59,778 nt of DNA from a virus. Taxonomy: Duplodnaviria; Caudoviricetes. Below, piece after piece: positions 46,606 to 55,832 of the stretch; position 1 is the stretch's first letter, and each line of letters opens with the position of its first letter. The notes under the pieces were generated by a model. The model was not told where the DNA came from. It did no database searches and saw only the letters and a program-made list of their open reading frames with translations. The stretch lies in IMG/VR virus record IMGVR_UViG_3300044624_002493, positions 1 through 59,778 of that record; one strand, written 5' to 3'. The translations under genes were made by a program, and so were the position numbers.

Positions 46606-46825
46606 TAGGGTTTGATTCCTAATGTCTCTGGGGCATGATCAACACAGTCACCTTTTTCATCACTATAAAAGAACGCATCAGAATCTATAATTTTAATCCG
46701 CATGTCACTATGACGAAGATCGTAGTCTACAAAGTTATGATATAGGTCATAGATTCTAAACACATAACGATCACCGCCACACCAAATCAAGTAGCCTTCA
46801 CGACCGTCGGCCGATTCTATCTTCA
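46605..46825 (-). CDS. Hypothetical protein
   Basis: About 73 aa ORF in a coupled array; start approximate. Confidence 0.55.
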
Positions 46826-47047
46826 TCACCAACTCCCATCATCTAAATATAACAATACAGTTACAAATAACCAACCTGTTCTCCACTGCCGCCATGGACT
46901 TCCCCATTCATTATTATGCTCTTTTCGAGCAAATGGTAACCCGTACCAATGGCAAGGATTTAAATTTAAGTTGACGGTAATGCCTGAATATCTTAACCAT
47001 TTATACACGGTCAACTCCATTGGCAATAAACTGCTGTAGTGCATCAT
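46826..47047 (-). CDS. Hypothetical protein
   Basis: 73 aa ORF, LNPCHW...DDGSW; start uncertain. Confidence 0.5.
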   Translation of the reverse strand: MMHYSSLLPMELTVYKWLRYSGITVNLNLNPCHWYGLPFARKEHNNEWGSPWRQWRTGWLFVTVLLYLDDGSW

Positions 47048-47372
47048 AGTCTAACCCTGACCAATCAGTGTCCTCGGGCATGATTTCCATTGTGGCACCT
47101 TGACCGGGCATCTTGTCAATAAAGCCTTGTAGTACTGAGCCGCCGTAGCCATTGGTTCCGTATGCGTCCTTATGGCAACTGTAAACCGATCCTGAGTAAC
47201 CATCAAACTCCCATAAATCATCAACTAGGGTAGCTCGAGTAATACCTGAGTTCATCTTCCATGACTCAGAGCCGTTGTAGCCTCCATACCAACAAGCAAA
47301 CACCTTGTACAAGCGTTCCTTAGGTGTGACTATTTTTACAACAACCCAACGGTCGGGTGAGTAATCACTCAT
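47001..47372 (-). CDS. Hypothetical phage protein
   Basis: PDRWVVV, W.GGY...ESWKMNSGI, G.SGS.Y.C motifs. Confidence 0.75.
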   Translation of the reverse strand: MSDYSPDRWVVVKIVTPKERLYKVFACWYGGYNGSESWKMNSGITRATLVDDLWEFDGYSGSVYSCHKDAYGTNGYGGSVLQGFIDKMPGQGATMEIMPEDTDWSGLDYDALQQFIANGVDRV

Positions 47373-47462
47373 TTTTCATTGCCTCTCTAATAATTGGTCT
47401 AATCATAAACACCCATACAGCGTGACTGAGCCAGCCCACAATAACACCCCAAATAAATGCAG

Positions 47463-47669
47463 TCATTCTGGTATTGCATGCAATTCAATAATACGATACA
47501 ATCTATCACATTCAATTTGTAATTCGTCAGCTCTGATCATTTCGTGCGAGTGTGCTTTAAACAATAAATCTCTTTCTGTTTGTAATTTAATTAGATAATC
47601 ATAAATTTCCAACATGGCAGATTCATCGGCATTCCATAGTTTTTGATTTGTTCTAATCCGTTCGTTCAT
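47463..47669 (-). CDS. Hypothetical protein
   Basis: 68 aa coupled ORF. Confidence 0.5.
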   Translation of the reverse strand: MNERIRTNQKLWNADESAMLEIYDYLIKLQTERDLLFKAHSHEMIRADELQIECDRLYRIIELHAIPE

Positions 47670-47899
47670 AACTTAGCCTCGTCTAGTGGGTGCATAGCGC
47701 CAGGGAATCTACTAGTATAAAACTTTTCATCCGGAATCGCAATGACCATTACTTGATCAATGGTATTACAATATGCATCCGCAGGATTGGCATACTTGAT
47801 TATGGCACAGGCTGTGTCATCTCCGGTCTCCAGACGATCCAACTTGCTCAATAACGCCAGTAAATTGCGTCTTGACAGGTAAAGTGTGTGTTGTTTCAT
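47666..47899 (-). CDS. Hypothetical protein
   Basis: LSRRNLLALLSKLD motif; GAGG SD. Confidence 0.6.
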   Translation of the reverse strand: MKQHTLYLSRRNLLALLSKLDRLETGDDTACAIIKYANPADAYCNTIDQVMVIAIPDEKFYTSRFPGAMHPLDEAKL

Positions 47900-47900
47900 A

Positions 47901-48821
47901 TTATACCTCTATGTATTGTAGTTTAAACCAGTCTGCACTGGCCTCGTGCCCAATGTATCCACGTGGGTTACAGACCACCCTAGTTTCACCAATCCAGTAA
48001 TTAAAGTTAAAATGTGTGTGCCCATGAAGCCAATAACGAATCTGCGGGCGAGCTTCAATAAAATCATCTAGACTGCTACGGAATGCACCATTCAGTAGAT
48101 TGCCCTTGTAGCATTCGGCCACACTCTGTTCGCTTGGACAATGATGCCCAACCACAATATAACTGCCGGGTTCACGGGTTGCATGGTCAATATAGGCCAA
48201 CATTTTTTCATGATCCACAACACTGTCTTCCGGCGACCAACGACTTGGCTCTTCTTTGAATTTGACACCATTAGGAATTAAGTTGCCCTTTTCATCCTTG
48301 ACATACCGGCCGCCGTTTTTACCATCATCGGTGTAGAGCGAATTTTCCATGTACAAAGGAACTCGTCGCACTACCACTCTGTTGCTGTTGAGCACTTCGC
48401 GGAAGTCATTCATGGCATCTTTACAGTAGCTCAAGGTTAGTGAATCGCTATTGTCCATGTTGGTCCACAAGGTGCCACACACAAAGGTATGGCCCTGGTG
48501 TGTCCATGTTTCTTTTTCGAGAATATGTAGATTGCCGTAATCCAAGTGTTCTCTTAGAATATTATAAGTCTTAGCAACATCGCCAGAATAATGTTCGTGA
48601 TTGCCCATGATATAAACCACCTGTGGAAATTCTTGACACACATGGTCAAAGAAAGCACGATACTCTTGAGCCAGGTGTTGCATATAGGTAGGACGGCCAT
48701 CCGCAAAGTGTTTGGCCACACAGATATCGCCAGCAAGAACTAAGACATCAGCACTTTCGGTGTTATCTAAAGTAATGGGTCCAAATTCTAAATGTATGTC
48801 AGACGCTAGGGCTAGTTTCAT
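47901..48821 (-). CDS. Calcineurin-like metallophosphoesterase
   Basis: SDIHLE, LAGDI, GNHEHY, TLWT, HHCPS, HGHTH, NPRGY. Confidence 0.9.
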   Translation of the reverse strand: MKLALASDIHLEFGPITLDNTESADVLVLAGDICVAKHFADGRPTYMQHLAQEYRAFFDHVCQEFPQVVYIMGNHEHYSGDVAKTYNILREHLDYGNLHILEKETWTHQGHTFVCGTLWTNMDNSDSLTLSYCKDAMNDFREVLNSNRVVVRRVPLYMENSLYTDDGKNGGRYVKDEKGNLIPNGVKFKEEPSRWSPEDSVVDHEKMLAYIDHATREPGSYIVVGHHCPSEQSVAECYKGNLLNGAFRSSLDDFIEARPQIRYWLHGHTHFNFNYWIGETRVVCNPRGYIGHEASADWFKLQYIEV

Positions 48822-49173
48822 TTTTCCTTAATTCGTCTATTTGTTTTCGTAGTTCTGCAATGACCTCTGGATCACCTTTGTCCAAGTAAGCTGTTTTGTC
48901 TGGAAAGCGCAGAGCAAATGCTGTTTTGATTTCTGTTAAATCAATTCCTTGTGCCACAAATGTGCCATCTTCTAAATAGCAATAAATTCGGCCATTTTCA
49001 CGCTCGACTGTGAGTCCAACAATGTGTTGTTCGGCTTCACGCACGACTTCTTTGACCACACGATCAATTTCATTCTTGATCCGGCGGTACAATGACCAAA
49101 TGTATAATCCTACCATGCTAACCCCAAGCATGGCTCCAATTACAACAGCAGTGACAATATCTGTAAGTTCCAT
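48799..49173 (-). CDS. Membrane-anchored hypothetical protein
   Basis: N-terminal TM segment from MELTDIV; TAATG-coupled. Confidence 0.65.
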   Translation of the reverse strand: MELTDIVTAVVIGAMLGVSMVGLYIWSLYRRIKNEIDRVVKEVVREAEQHIVGLTVERENGRIYCYLEDGTFVAQGIDLTEIKTAFALRFPDKTAYLDKGDPEVIAELRKQIDELRKNETSPSV

Positions 49174-49685
49174 TACGTTAGTCCTTTGGCTTCTACACCC
49201 GTTTTGTACCACTCAGTTAAAGGTTCGGGTTCGTTGTACTCTTCGTAGCCCCAAACGTCTGACGCAATTTCTTTATAGCGTTCTGGGTCTGAACTACAGT
49301 CCACATAATTCTGATCAATAAACTCGCCATCATAATTTAATGATCCTACAAATCCAACACCTGGTTCCCAATATTCTAAATTAAACTGCACACGCCCATC
49401 GTTAATAGCCCAAGTTTCAAATGCTGCCTCGGGCGGGCCCCATGGACTACAAAACGAAAATTCTATACTGTCTTCTTCGGCTTGATTTTCAAAATAAACA
49501 TCGCAGATGTCCCATTTACAGCCCCAATTATTTACTCGCCAATCATACCAACCTTCGTTGTCCTTGGGTTCGGGTACCATCCAGTTCAACAGCGGAGTGT
49601 TATCTTGATTTAGTATATCCGTGATTTCTTTAATCACAGGTGCTGGGCCTGTAATAGTTGCACGATTTGAACACCAGTTTGGAAT
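49173..49685 (-). CDS. Api92/YubB ferredoxin-like domain protein, apparent ATT start
   Basis: (I)PNWCSN..., WYDWRVNNWGCKWD, F.SPWGPP, Y.EPG..FVG; GAGGA SD 7 nt before ATT; promoter TTGACT-N17-TATAAT at 49722-49750. Confidence 0.75.
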   Translation of the reverse strand: MPNWCSNRATITGPAPVIKEITDILNQDNTPLLNWMVPEPKDNEGWYDWRVNNWGCKWDICDVYFENQAEEDSIEFSFCSPWGPPEAAFETWAINDGRVQFNLEYWEPGVGFVGSLNYDGEFIDQNYVDCSSDPERYKEIASDVWGYEEYNEPEPLTEWYKTGVEAKGLT

Positions 49686-49786
49686 TTTGGGTTCCTCTTT
49701 CTAAAAGTTTACAATATTACTATTATACGCAATTTGTATTTATTAGTCAATATCTTTCTAAACACCAATTTGGCATAAATAACTGC

Positions 49787-50374
49787 ATGAATCCATTGCC
49801 TAACAAATACACCAAATATTACAATCAGTTAGTAGAATCTCGAAAACTACTAAATCGAACATTCCAAACCGGGTTTGAAAAACATCATATTGTTCCTAAA
49901 AGTTTAGGTGGTAACGATACCAAATCCAATTTGGTTGTTTTTACGCCTCGAGAACATTGTTTGGCTCATATGCTTTTAGCTAAAATGTATAGTGGCACAC
50001 CTAAAGCTAGAATGATTATGGCACTTAATGCGTTAATGAAATTAAGGAATAATAACCGAAATACATTAACTACAAAAGAATATGAAAGACTTAGACAAGC
50101 TCACTATAAAGCTATCATGGATCCAGATTTTCGAGCATACCGATCAGAACTTACCAAAAAACAATGGACTCCAGAACGCAGGGCTCAAGTAGCAGAAAAG
50201 ACCCGGCAACAATGGGCAACAGGTCCAAAAAGAGAAATATACGCAAGTGATGAATATCGATTAAAAAAATCTAAACAAATGAAAGAGCGTTGGAAGGACC
50301 CTGCTTATATTGAAGAACAATCTAATAAAGCTAAAATTCAGTGGGCAGAGGGCGGATCTTTACGCAACAAATAA
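49787..50374 (+). CDS. Free-standing HNH (homing) endonuclease
   Basis: EKHHIVPKSLGGND..SNLV..TPREH..AH.LL; basic repetitive C-terminus; opposite strand to its neighbours; TAAATA 5 nt before the ATG. Confidence 0.85.
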   Translation: MNPLPNKYTKYYNQLVESRKLLNRTFQTGFEKHHIVPKSLGGNDTKSNLVVFTPREHCLAHMLLAKMYSGTPKARMIMALNALMKLRNNNRNTLTTKEYERLRQAHYKAIMDPDFRAYRSELTKKQWTPERRAQVAEKTRQQWATGPKREIYASDEYRLKKSKQMKERWKDPAYIEEQSNKAKIQWAEGGSLRNK

Positions 50375-50380
50375 CCAAAG

Positions 50381-50406
50381 AAAAAGCCCGCATTGCACGG
50401 GCTTTT
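50381..50406. terminator. Bidirectional terminator between convergent genes
   Basis: AAAAAGCCCG-CATTGCA-CGGGCTTTT. Confidence 0.75.
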
Positions 50407-50447
50407 ATTACTAAGTGCTCAGTCTGAATTGAGCAGCGAAGAAGCTA

Positions 50448-50717
50448 TTAGAGGGTGATACCCATAGCCTGAGCTTTATAACCTAATGCTACCAACTTGC
50501 GTGATGGTTTTCCAAGTACGTATTCTGTAACTTGAACACCATTGCCTGCTTTGCGACTGTTAGTATAGATGGCAAAACCGTTGGCACGAATACGGCTTAC
50601 TTCAGCTGACAAATTCTTAACACCCATCTTGGATGCTTGGCTAGCTGTCAATGCTTTGCCTGACTGTAGTGCTTGGAATACACGGAAAGTCTTAGTTTCT
50701 GGATTGAAATATTTCAT
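50448..50717 (-). CDS. Small winged-HTH-like DNA-binding protein
   Basis: L.SG..LTASQA...GV.NLSA.VS.IR..G..IY.N pattern. Confidence 0.65.
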   Translation of the reverse strand: MKYFNPETKTFRVFQALQSGKALTASQASKMGVKNLSAEVSRIRANGFAIYTNSRKAGNGVQVTEYVLGKPSRKLVALGYKAQAMGITL

Positions 50718-50850
50718 TTGTGTTACCTTTCGTAAAATAGCTATTTTTCAACAGCATAGGTGTATTGTAGCACGATTCTTGCGCAAATTGCAACAAGGTT
50801 TGGATATCAACTTAACCATAAATAACTAAAAAGGCTAACAAGGATCCTGC

Positions 50851-53800
50851 ATGACTGTTTATACAACTACTGCCACTGGTACTGATAGTACCGGTAACAT
50901 ACTCATAGTAAGTTCAACTGCCAACATGGCAATCGGTTTGCCAATATCGTTTTCAGGCACTGTTTTTGGCGGAATTGTTGCGGGGGATACCTATTACATT
51001 CTTAGCATTGTAAGTGGAACTCAAATTACTCTGAGCGGAACTGCCGGAGGAGCCGTGGTAGGATTAACCACTGCCACTGGATCAATGACTGCCACTTTCC
51101 AGAGTGGCGGACAACAAGTCATTGATGTTGGCGCTAGTGCCAATGATGGATCTGGTGAGCCGCTAAGAAACGCATTCACATCAATAAACACCAATTTTGA
51201 CCAGATTTGGGCATCAGGCCCAGTGGGGTCAAACGTGTTTATCGAAGACAATTCGATCAAAACTTTAAACACCAATGGTAATTTGGTGCTGGCACCAAAT
51301 GGTATAGCCAAAGTCGTCAGTAATGTAGATGTAGTGCCAAACAGTGCAAACATCAGAAATCTTGGTAGTAGTAACCTGCGTTGGAACACAGTATATGCAC
51401 AAAATTTAGATGTCACCGGCAGTGTAACCTACGAAAATTTAGCAGTCACAGGCAATGTTTCTGTAGGCGGATTTGTCAGTGTTGCAGGCAATGTCACAGG
51501 CAATTACATTTACGGTAATGGTGCATTTTTAACTGGCATTTCTGGTGGTGGAGGTGGTGGAATTGGAGCAACTGGATTAACAGGTGCAACTGGACAAGCA
51601 GGAGCTACTGGACCTGAAGGTACTCATGGAGCCACAGGTGGCGTTGGAGCTACCGGTACAGCAGGTAGTCAAGGCGTACAAGGCTATGTTGGAGCAACCG
51701 GCGCTACTGGTCTAACTGGAGCAACTGGTCTCAACGGTTTAAATGGATCCACGGGCCCACAGGGTGCCACTGGTGTTGGTGCAACTGGAGCCACAGGTCC
51801 TGCAGGTAGTGCTGGAACAGCAGGAGCTACAGGAGCAAGTGGTATTGAAGGACACCAAGGTGCTACTGGACCCACCGGTGCCACAGGTGCAAGTGGTCCA
51901 CAAGGCTATACAGGCGCAACTGGTACCGTAGGACAAACAGGATCTACAGGACTTACCGGAGCAACAGGTGAAATTGGAGCCACGGGTGTTGCAGGAACAA
52001 ACGGAGCCACCGGAGCAAGTGGTATTGCTGGCACAAATGGCGCAACTGGTGCGAGTGGCGTACAAGGTGACATAGGTGCTACTGGTGCGTCAGGCATACA
52101 AGGAACTGTTGGAGCCACAGGAGCAAGCGGAACAAACGGAGCCACTGGCGCAAGTGGTCCTCAAGGATTAACCGGCGGTACAGGACCAGTTGGACAGACC
52201 GGAGCTACCGGACTTACTGGAGCCACAGGTCAAACAGGTAACACAGGTGACATTGGTGCCACAGGTGCAAGTGGCGTACAGGGATTAACAGGATCCACTG
52301 GCTTTCAAGGAGCTACTGGAGAATTTGGAGCAACTGGTGCAAGTGGCATACAGGGATTAACTGGATCCACAGGTGGAGTTGGTGCCACAGGTGCAAGTGG
52401 GCTACAAGGAGCCACAGGCGTACAAGGCCTTAGTGGAGCAACAGGCGCTACTGGGTTGGCTGGCGCTACTGGTAGTGTTGGAGCCACAGGTGGAGTTGGA
52501 GCAACTGGAACACAAGGAACAATTGGTGCAACAGGTGCAAGTGGTATTCAAGGAACTGCTGGAGATCAAGGTGCCACTGGTGTAACTGGTGATATTGGCG
52601 CAACTGGTGCTACAGGAGTGACTGGTAGTACAGGACCACAAGGTGAAATTGGAGCTACTGGTGCAAGTGGCGTACAGGGATTAACAGGATCCACTGGACA
52701 AACAGGCGCTACAGGTGCCAGTGGCACACAAGGAGCCACAGGTGTACAAGGACTTACTGGCGCAACAGGAGCCACTGGTGTCCAGGGCGAAATAGGCGCC
52801 ACAGGTGCCTCAGGATTAGATGGTGCCACAGGTGCCACTGGTTTAATAGGTGCCACTGGTGTACCCGGTACTTCGGTAGCAATCACCGGATCTGTTGCCA
52901 ACGTAAATGACACCTATCCAGGCGGCGGCCCAAACGATCCAGATGGACTTCTTGATTATTATTTCCCTACTGCCGTTGCCGGTGACGGAGTAGTTGATCA
53001 AAACACTGGAAACTTATGGGTTTATGATGGCGCACAATGGGATGATGTTGGACAAATTGTTGGACCAGACGGTGCAACAGGTCTCACAGGTGCCACAGGC
53101 GTTGGAGCCACAGGCCCACAAGGAGCCACAGGCACAATTGGAGCCACTGGTGCCACGGGTGTACAGGGCGAAATCGGAGCCACTGGTCTTACAGGTGATG
53201 TGGGTGCCACAGGTGCGTCAGGCATACAGGGAACCATAGGTGCCACAGGTGCGTCAGGCATACAGGGAACCATAGGTGCCACTGGTGCTACTGGTGTGCA
53301 GGGACTCGAGGGTGCCACAGGTGTACAGGGCGAAATAGGTGCCACAGGCTTACAAGGCAACATAGGTGCCACTGGTGCGTCAGGCATACAGGGCGAAATT
53401 GGAGCAACTGGTGCGTCAGGTGTACAAGGTGATATTGGAGCCACTGGAGCAAGTGGCCTAACAGGAAGCACAGGACCACAAGGTGAAATTGGTGCCACTG
53501 GCCTACAGGGTGAAATTGGAGCAACTGGTGCAAGTGGCGTACAGGGATTCGATGGCGCAACAGGAGCAAGTGGATTAAATGGTGCTACTGGCCTAACTGG
53601 TAGTACAGGACCACAAGGAACAATTGGTGCCACTGGAGCAAGTGGTGTACAGGGATTAACTGGAGCCACTGGCGTACAAGGATTTGAGGGTGCTACTGGT
53701 GTACAAGGCGATATTGGTTCTACAGGCGTACAGGGATTTGATGGAGCCACTGGACCACAAGGTGAAATTGGAGCCACTGGAGTACAGGGCAATGTAGGTG

Positions 53801-55053
53801 CCACTGGTGCCACTGGATACAATGGTGCAACTGGTGCAACTGGCTTGCCAGGCATTGTTGAATCACCGACTGCACCATCAAACACCGACGTATTATGGTT
53901 GGATACCGGTGCTTCTGGCATAGTAGGTCAAGGAGCAACCGGACTTACTGGAGCAACTGGCGCATTTGGCGGCACACTGACCGGCAATATCAACGGCGCT
54001 GGATACAGCATTAGCAATGTTAATTCTTATACTGGAAATACCGTGTCGGTATCTGGTAACATTACTTCGGGCGACTTCCTAACAAGCGGCCAAATAACAT
54101 CTACCGGAGCAGGTAATACAGCTACCAATGGTGGACAGATTTTCCTAAACGGTGCAACCCTCAATAGAATTGATTGGAATACCAACGGTACTGGAGCTCC
54201 AGAATACACTACAAGAAGTGTAGGAGCCAAAGTTGTGCTTTATCCATCCATAGGTGGCAGTGCCGCCGATTATGCATTGGGCGTTGAAGCAGGTGCATTA
54301 TGGTCAGGTATTCCGGGCAACGACGGAGGACAGTTCTTTAAATGGTACGGAGGAAATATTCCAGTAGCAAGTTTATCAGGCACAGGTGTTTTCTCAGCCA
54401 CAGGCAATGTAACAGGTGGAAATATCTTAACTGGTGGTTTGATCTCAGCCACAGGCAACATCTCAGCTAACAACCTGTCACTCGCTGGCAATGTTACCAG
54501 CAACATTAGCTTTACTGGTGTCGACATTACTATAAACAATGCTCCAGGTGGCAACGAAGGTGCTGAAATTAAGTGGGCTTTACCAGCGGTGGCTAATACA
54601 TCTTTAAGCGGTACTTTAGTACAAGATGTCTACACAAACGGCATGCGGTTCTTTGAATCAGGTGGCAACACTCGTGGCCTATACATGGATCTGGGCAATG
54701 CACCTAATGTATCTACTACAGCAGTGGGCTACAGAGATATTCCGCAGGTCTCATTCACTGCCAACACAACCATTGCCACCACAGACGCTGGTAGACATTA
54801 TTACTCAACCCTGAGCACAGGAAATGTGCTGACCATTGCCAACAACGCAAGCCAAGGTTTCCAAGTTGGTGCCGCTATCTCAATCATCAATCAAGGCTCA
54901 GGCAATATTACTGTGGCACAGGGTTCTGGCGTTACCTTGTATCTTGCTGGCAATGCCACATCGGGCAACAGAAGCGTGGCCACATTTGGTATGGCCACCT
55001 TGATCAAAGTAGCAACAGACACTTGGTTCATCAACGGCACCGGAGTTAGTTAA
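50851..55053 (+). CDS. Long collagen-like tail fiber protein
   Basis: 1400 aa with several hundred residues of G-X-Y; internal [12 protein letters not shown] anchor motif; C-terminal [15 protein letters not shown]; TAAATA at 50819-50824. Confidence 0.85.
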   Translation: MTVYTTTATGTDSTGNILIVSSTANMAIGLPISFSGTVFGGIVAGDTYYILSIVSGTQITLSGTAGGAVVGLTTATGSMTATFQSGGQQVIDVGASANDGSGEPLRNAFTSINTNFDQIWASGPVGSNVFIEDNSIKTLNTNGNLVLAPNGIAKVVSNVDVVPNSANIRNLGSSNLRWNTVYAQNLDVTGSVTYENLAVTGNVSVGGFVSVAGNVTGNYIYGNGAFLTGISGGGGGGIGATGLTGATGQAGATGPEGTHGATGGVGATGTAGSQGVQGYVGATGATGLTGATGLNGLNGSTGPQGATGVGATGATGPAGSAGTAGATGASGIEGHQGATGPTGATGASGPQGYTGATGTVGQTGSTGLTGATGEIGATGVAGTNGATGASGIAGTNGATGASGVQGDIGATGASGIQGTVGATGASGTNGATGASGPQGLTGGTGPVGQTGATGLTGATGQTGNTGDIGATGASGVQGLTGSTGFQGATGEFGATGASGIQGLTGSTGGVGATGASGLQGATGVQGLSGATGATGLAGATGSVGATGGVGATGTQGTIGATGASGIQGTAGDQGATGVTGDIGATGATGVTGSTGPQGEIGATGASGVQGLTGSTGQTGATGASGTQGATGVQGLTGATGATGVQGEIGATGASGLDGATGATGLIGATGVPGTSVAITGSVANVNDTYPGGGPNDPDGLLDYYFPTAVAGDGVVDQNTGNLWVYDGAQWDDVGQIVGPDGATGLTGATGVGATGPQGATGTIGATGATGVQGEIGATGLTGDVGATGASGIQGTIGATGASGIQGTIGATGATGVQGLEGATGVQGEIGATGLQGNIGATGASGIQGEIGATGASGVQGDIGATGASGLTGSTGPQGEIGATGLQGEIGATGASGVQGFDGATGASGLNGATGLTGSTGPQGTIGATGASGVQGLTGATGVQGFEGATGVQGDIGSTGVQGFDGATGPQGEIGATGVQGNVGATGATGYNGATGATGLPGIVESPTAPSNTDVLWLDTGASGIVGQGATGLTGATGAFGGTLTGNINGAGYSISNVNSYTGNTVSVSGNITSGDFLTSGQITSTGAGNTATNGGQIFLNGATLNRIDWNTNGTGAPEYTTRSVGAKVVLYPSIGGSAADYALGVEAGALWSGIPGNDGGQFFKWYGGNIPVASLSGTGVFSATGNVTGGNILTGGLISATGNISANNLSLAGNVTSNISFTGVDITINNAPGGNEGAEIKWALPAVANTSLSGTLVQDVYTNGMRFFESGGNTRGLYMDLGNAPNVSTTAVGYRDIPQVSFTANTTIATTDAGRHYYSTLSTGNVLTIANNASQGFQVGAAISIINQGSGNITVAQGSGVTLYLAGNATSGNRSVATFGMATLIKVATDTWFINGTGVS

Positions 55054-55808
55054 TGACCGGCATTATGATGGCCATGGCCAACAACAATGTGACTAGTTCT
55101 GTAAATTACACTGCCCTGGACGGCAGCCTGCAGTTCAACGGCAGTAGTCAATTTCTTTCATTGTCGCCGGGCTTTGCATTAGGTACCAGTGCTTACACCA
55201 TAGAAGGTTGGTTCTACAACAATGCCAACTATACCGCTCAAAGGGCATTGGTTGCCCCACAGCACCCTAGCGGTGCCTCGGGTGCCCTAAGTCTATACAC
55301 CAATGATGCACAATCATTTACCCTGGACGCATATGGTGGTCTTGGTGTTAGGACTTATACTTTTCCCACTAGCACTCTTCAGATCAACAAGTGGCAGTAC
55401 ATCATACTGAACCGCAATTCCAGCACCTCGGTAGAAACCATGTGGGTGGGTACCTTTGTCAATACCAGTTCATTGGTAACTTGCAGTCGTGCTACCAGTT
55501 GCACGGGCGGAACCAGTATCAGCGGTGGCACACAGGTTAACACACTAAATTACTCGGGTGTATGCAACAACATAGGCAAATTTTATGGGGGCTATTGGCC
55601 TGGCTTTATTACCAATTTTCGTGCCACAGTGGGCACAGCAGTTTACAACAGCACCAGTAGTACTGTGACTGCACCTACGGCACCATTGACCAGTTTGGCC
55701 AATACCAAGTATTTGATGCTGGGTGCGGCAGTGACCACCGACACCTCGGGTGTTCAAACTGTCACAAACAACGGCACAGTAACGCAGAGTGCTACCAAGC
55801 CATTCTAA
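55053..55808 (+). CDS. LamG/concanavalin A-like fiber-associated protein
   Basis: GSLQFNG, YTIEGWFY, G.ITNFR...GTAVY, PTAPLT...NT..L; TAATG-coupled. Confidence 0.75.
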   Translation: MTGIMMAMANNNVTSSVNYTALDGSLQFNGSSQFLSLSPGFALGTSAYTIEGWFYNNANYTAQRALVAPQHPSGASGALSLYTNDAQSFTLDAYGGLGVRTYTFPTSTLQINKWQYIILNRNSSTSVETMWVGTFVNTSSLVTCSRATSCTGGTSISGGTQVNTLNYSGVCNNIGKFYGGYWPGFITNFRATVGTAVYNSTSSTVTAPTAPLTSLANTKYLMLGAAVTTDTSGVQTVTNNGTVTQSATKPF

Positions 55809-55832
55809 GATAAATATACAGAGATATTCACA

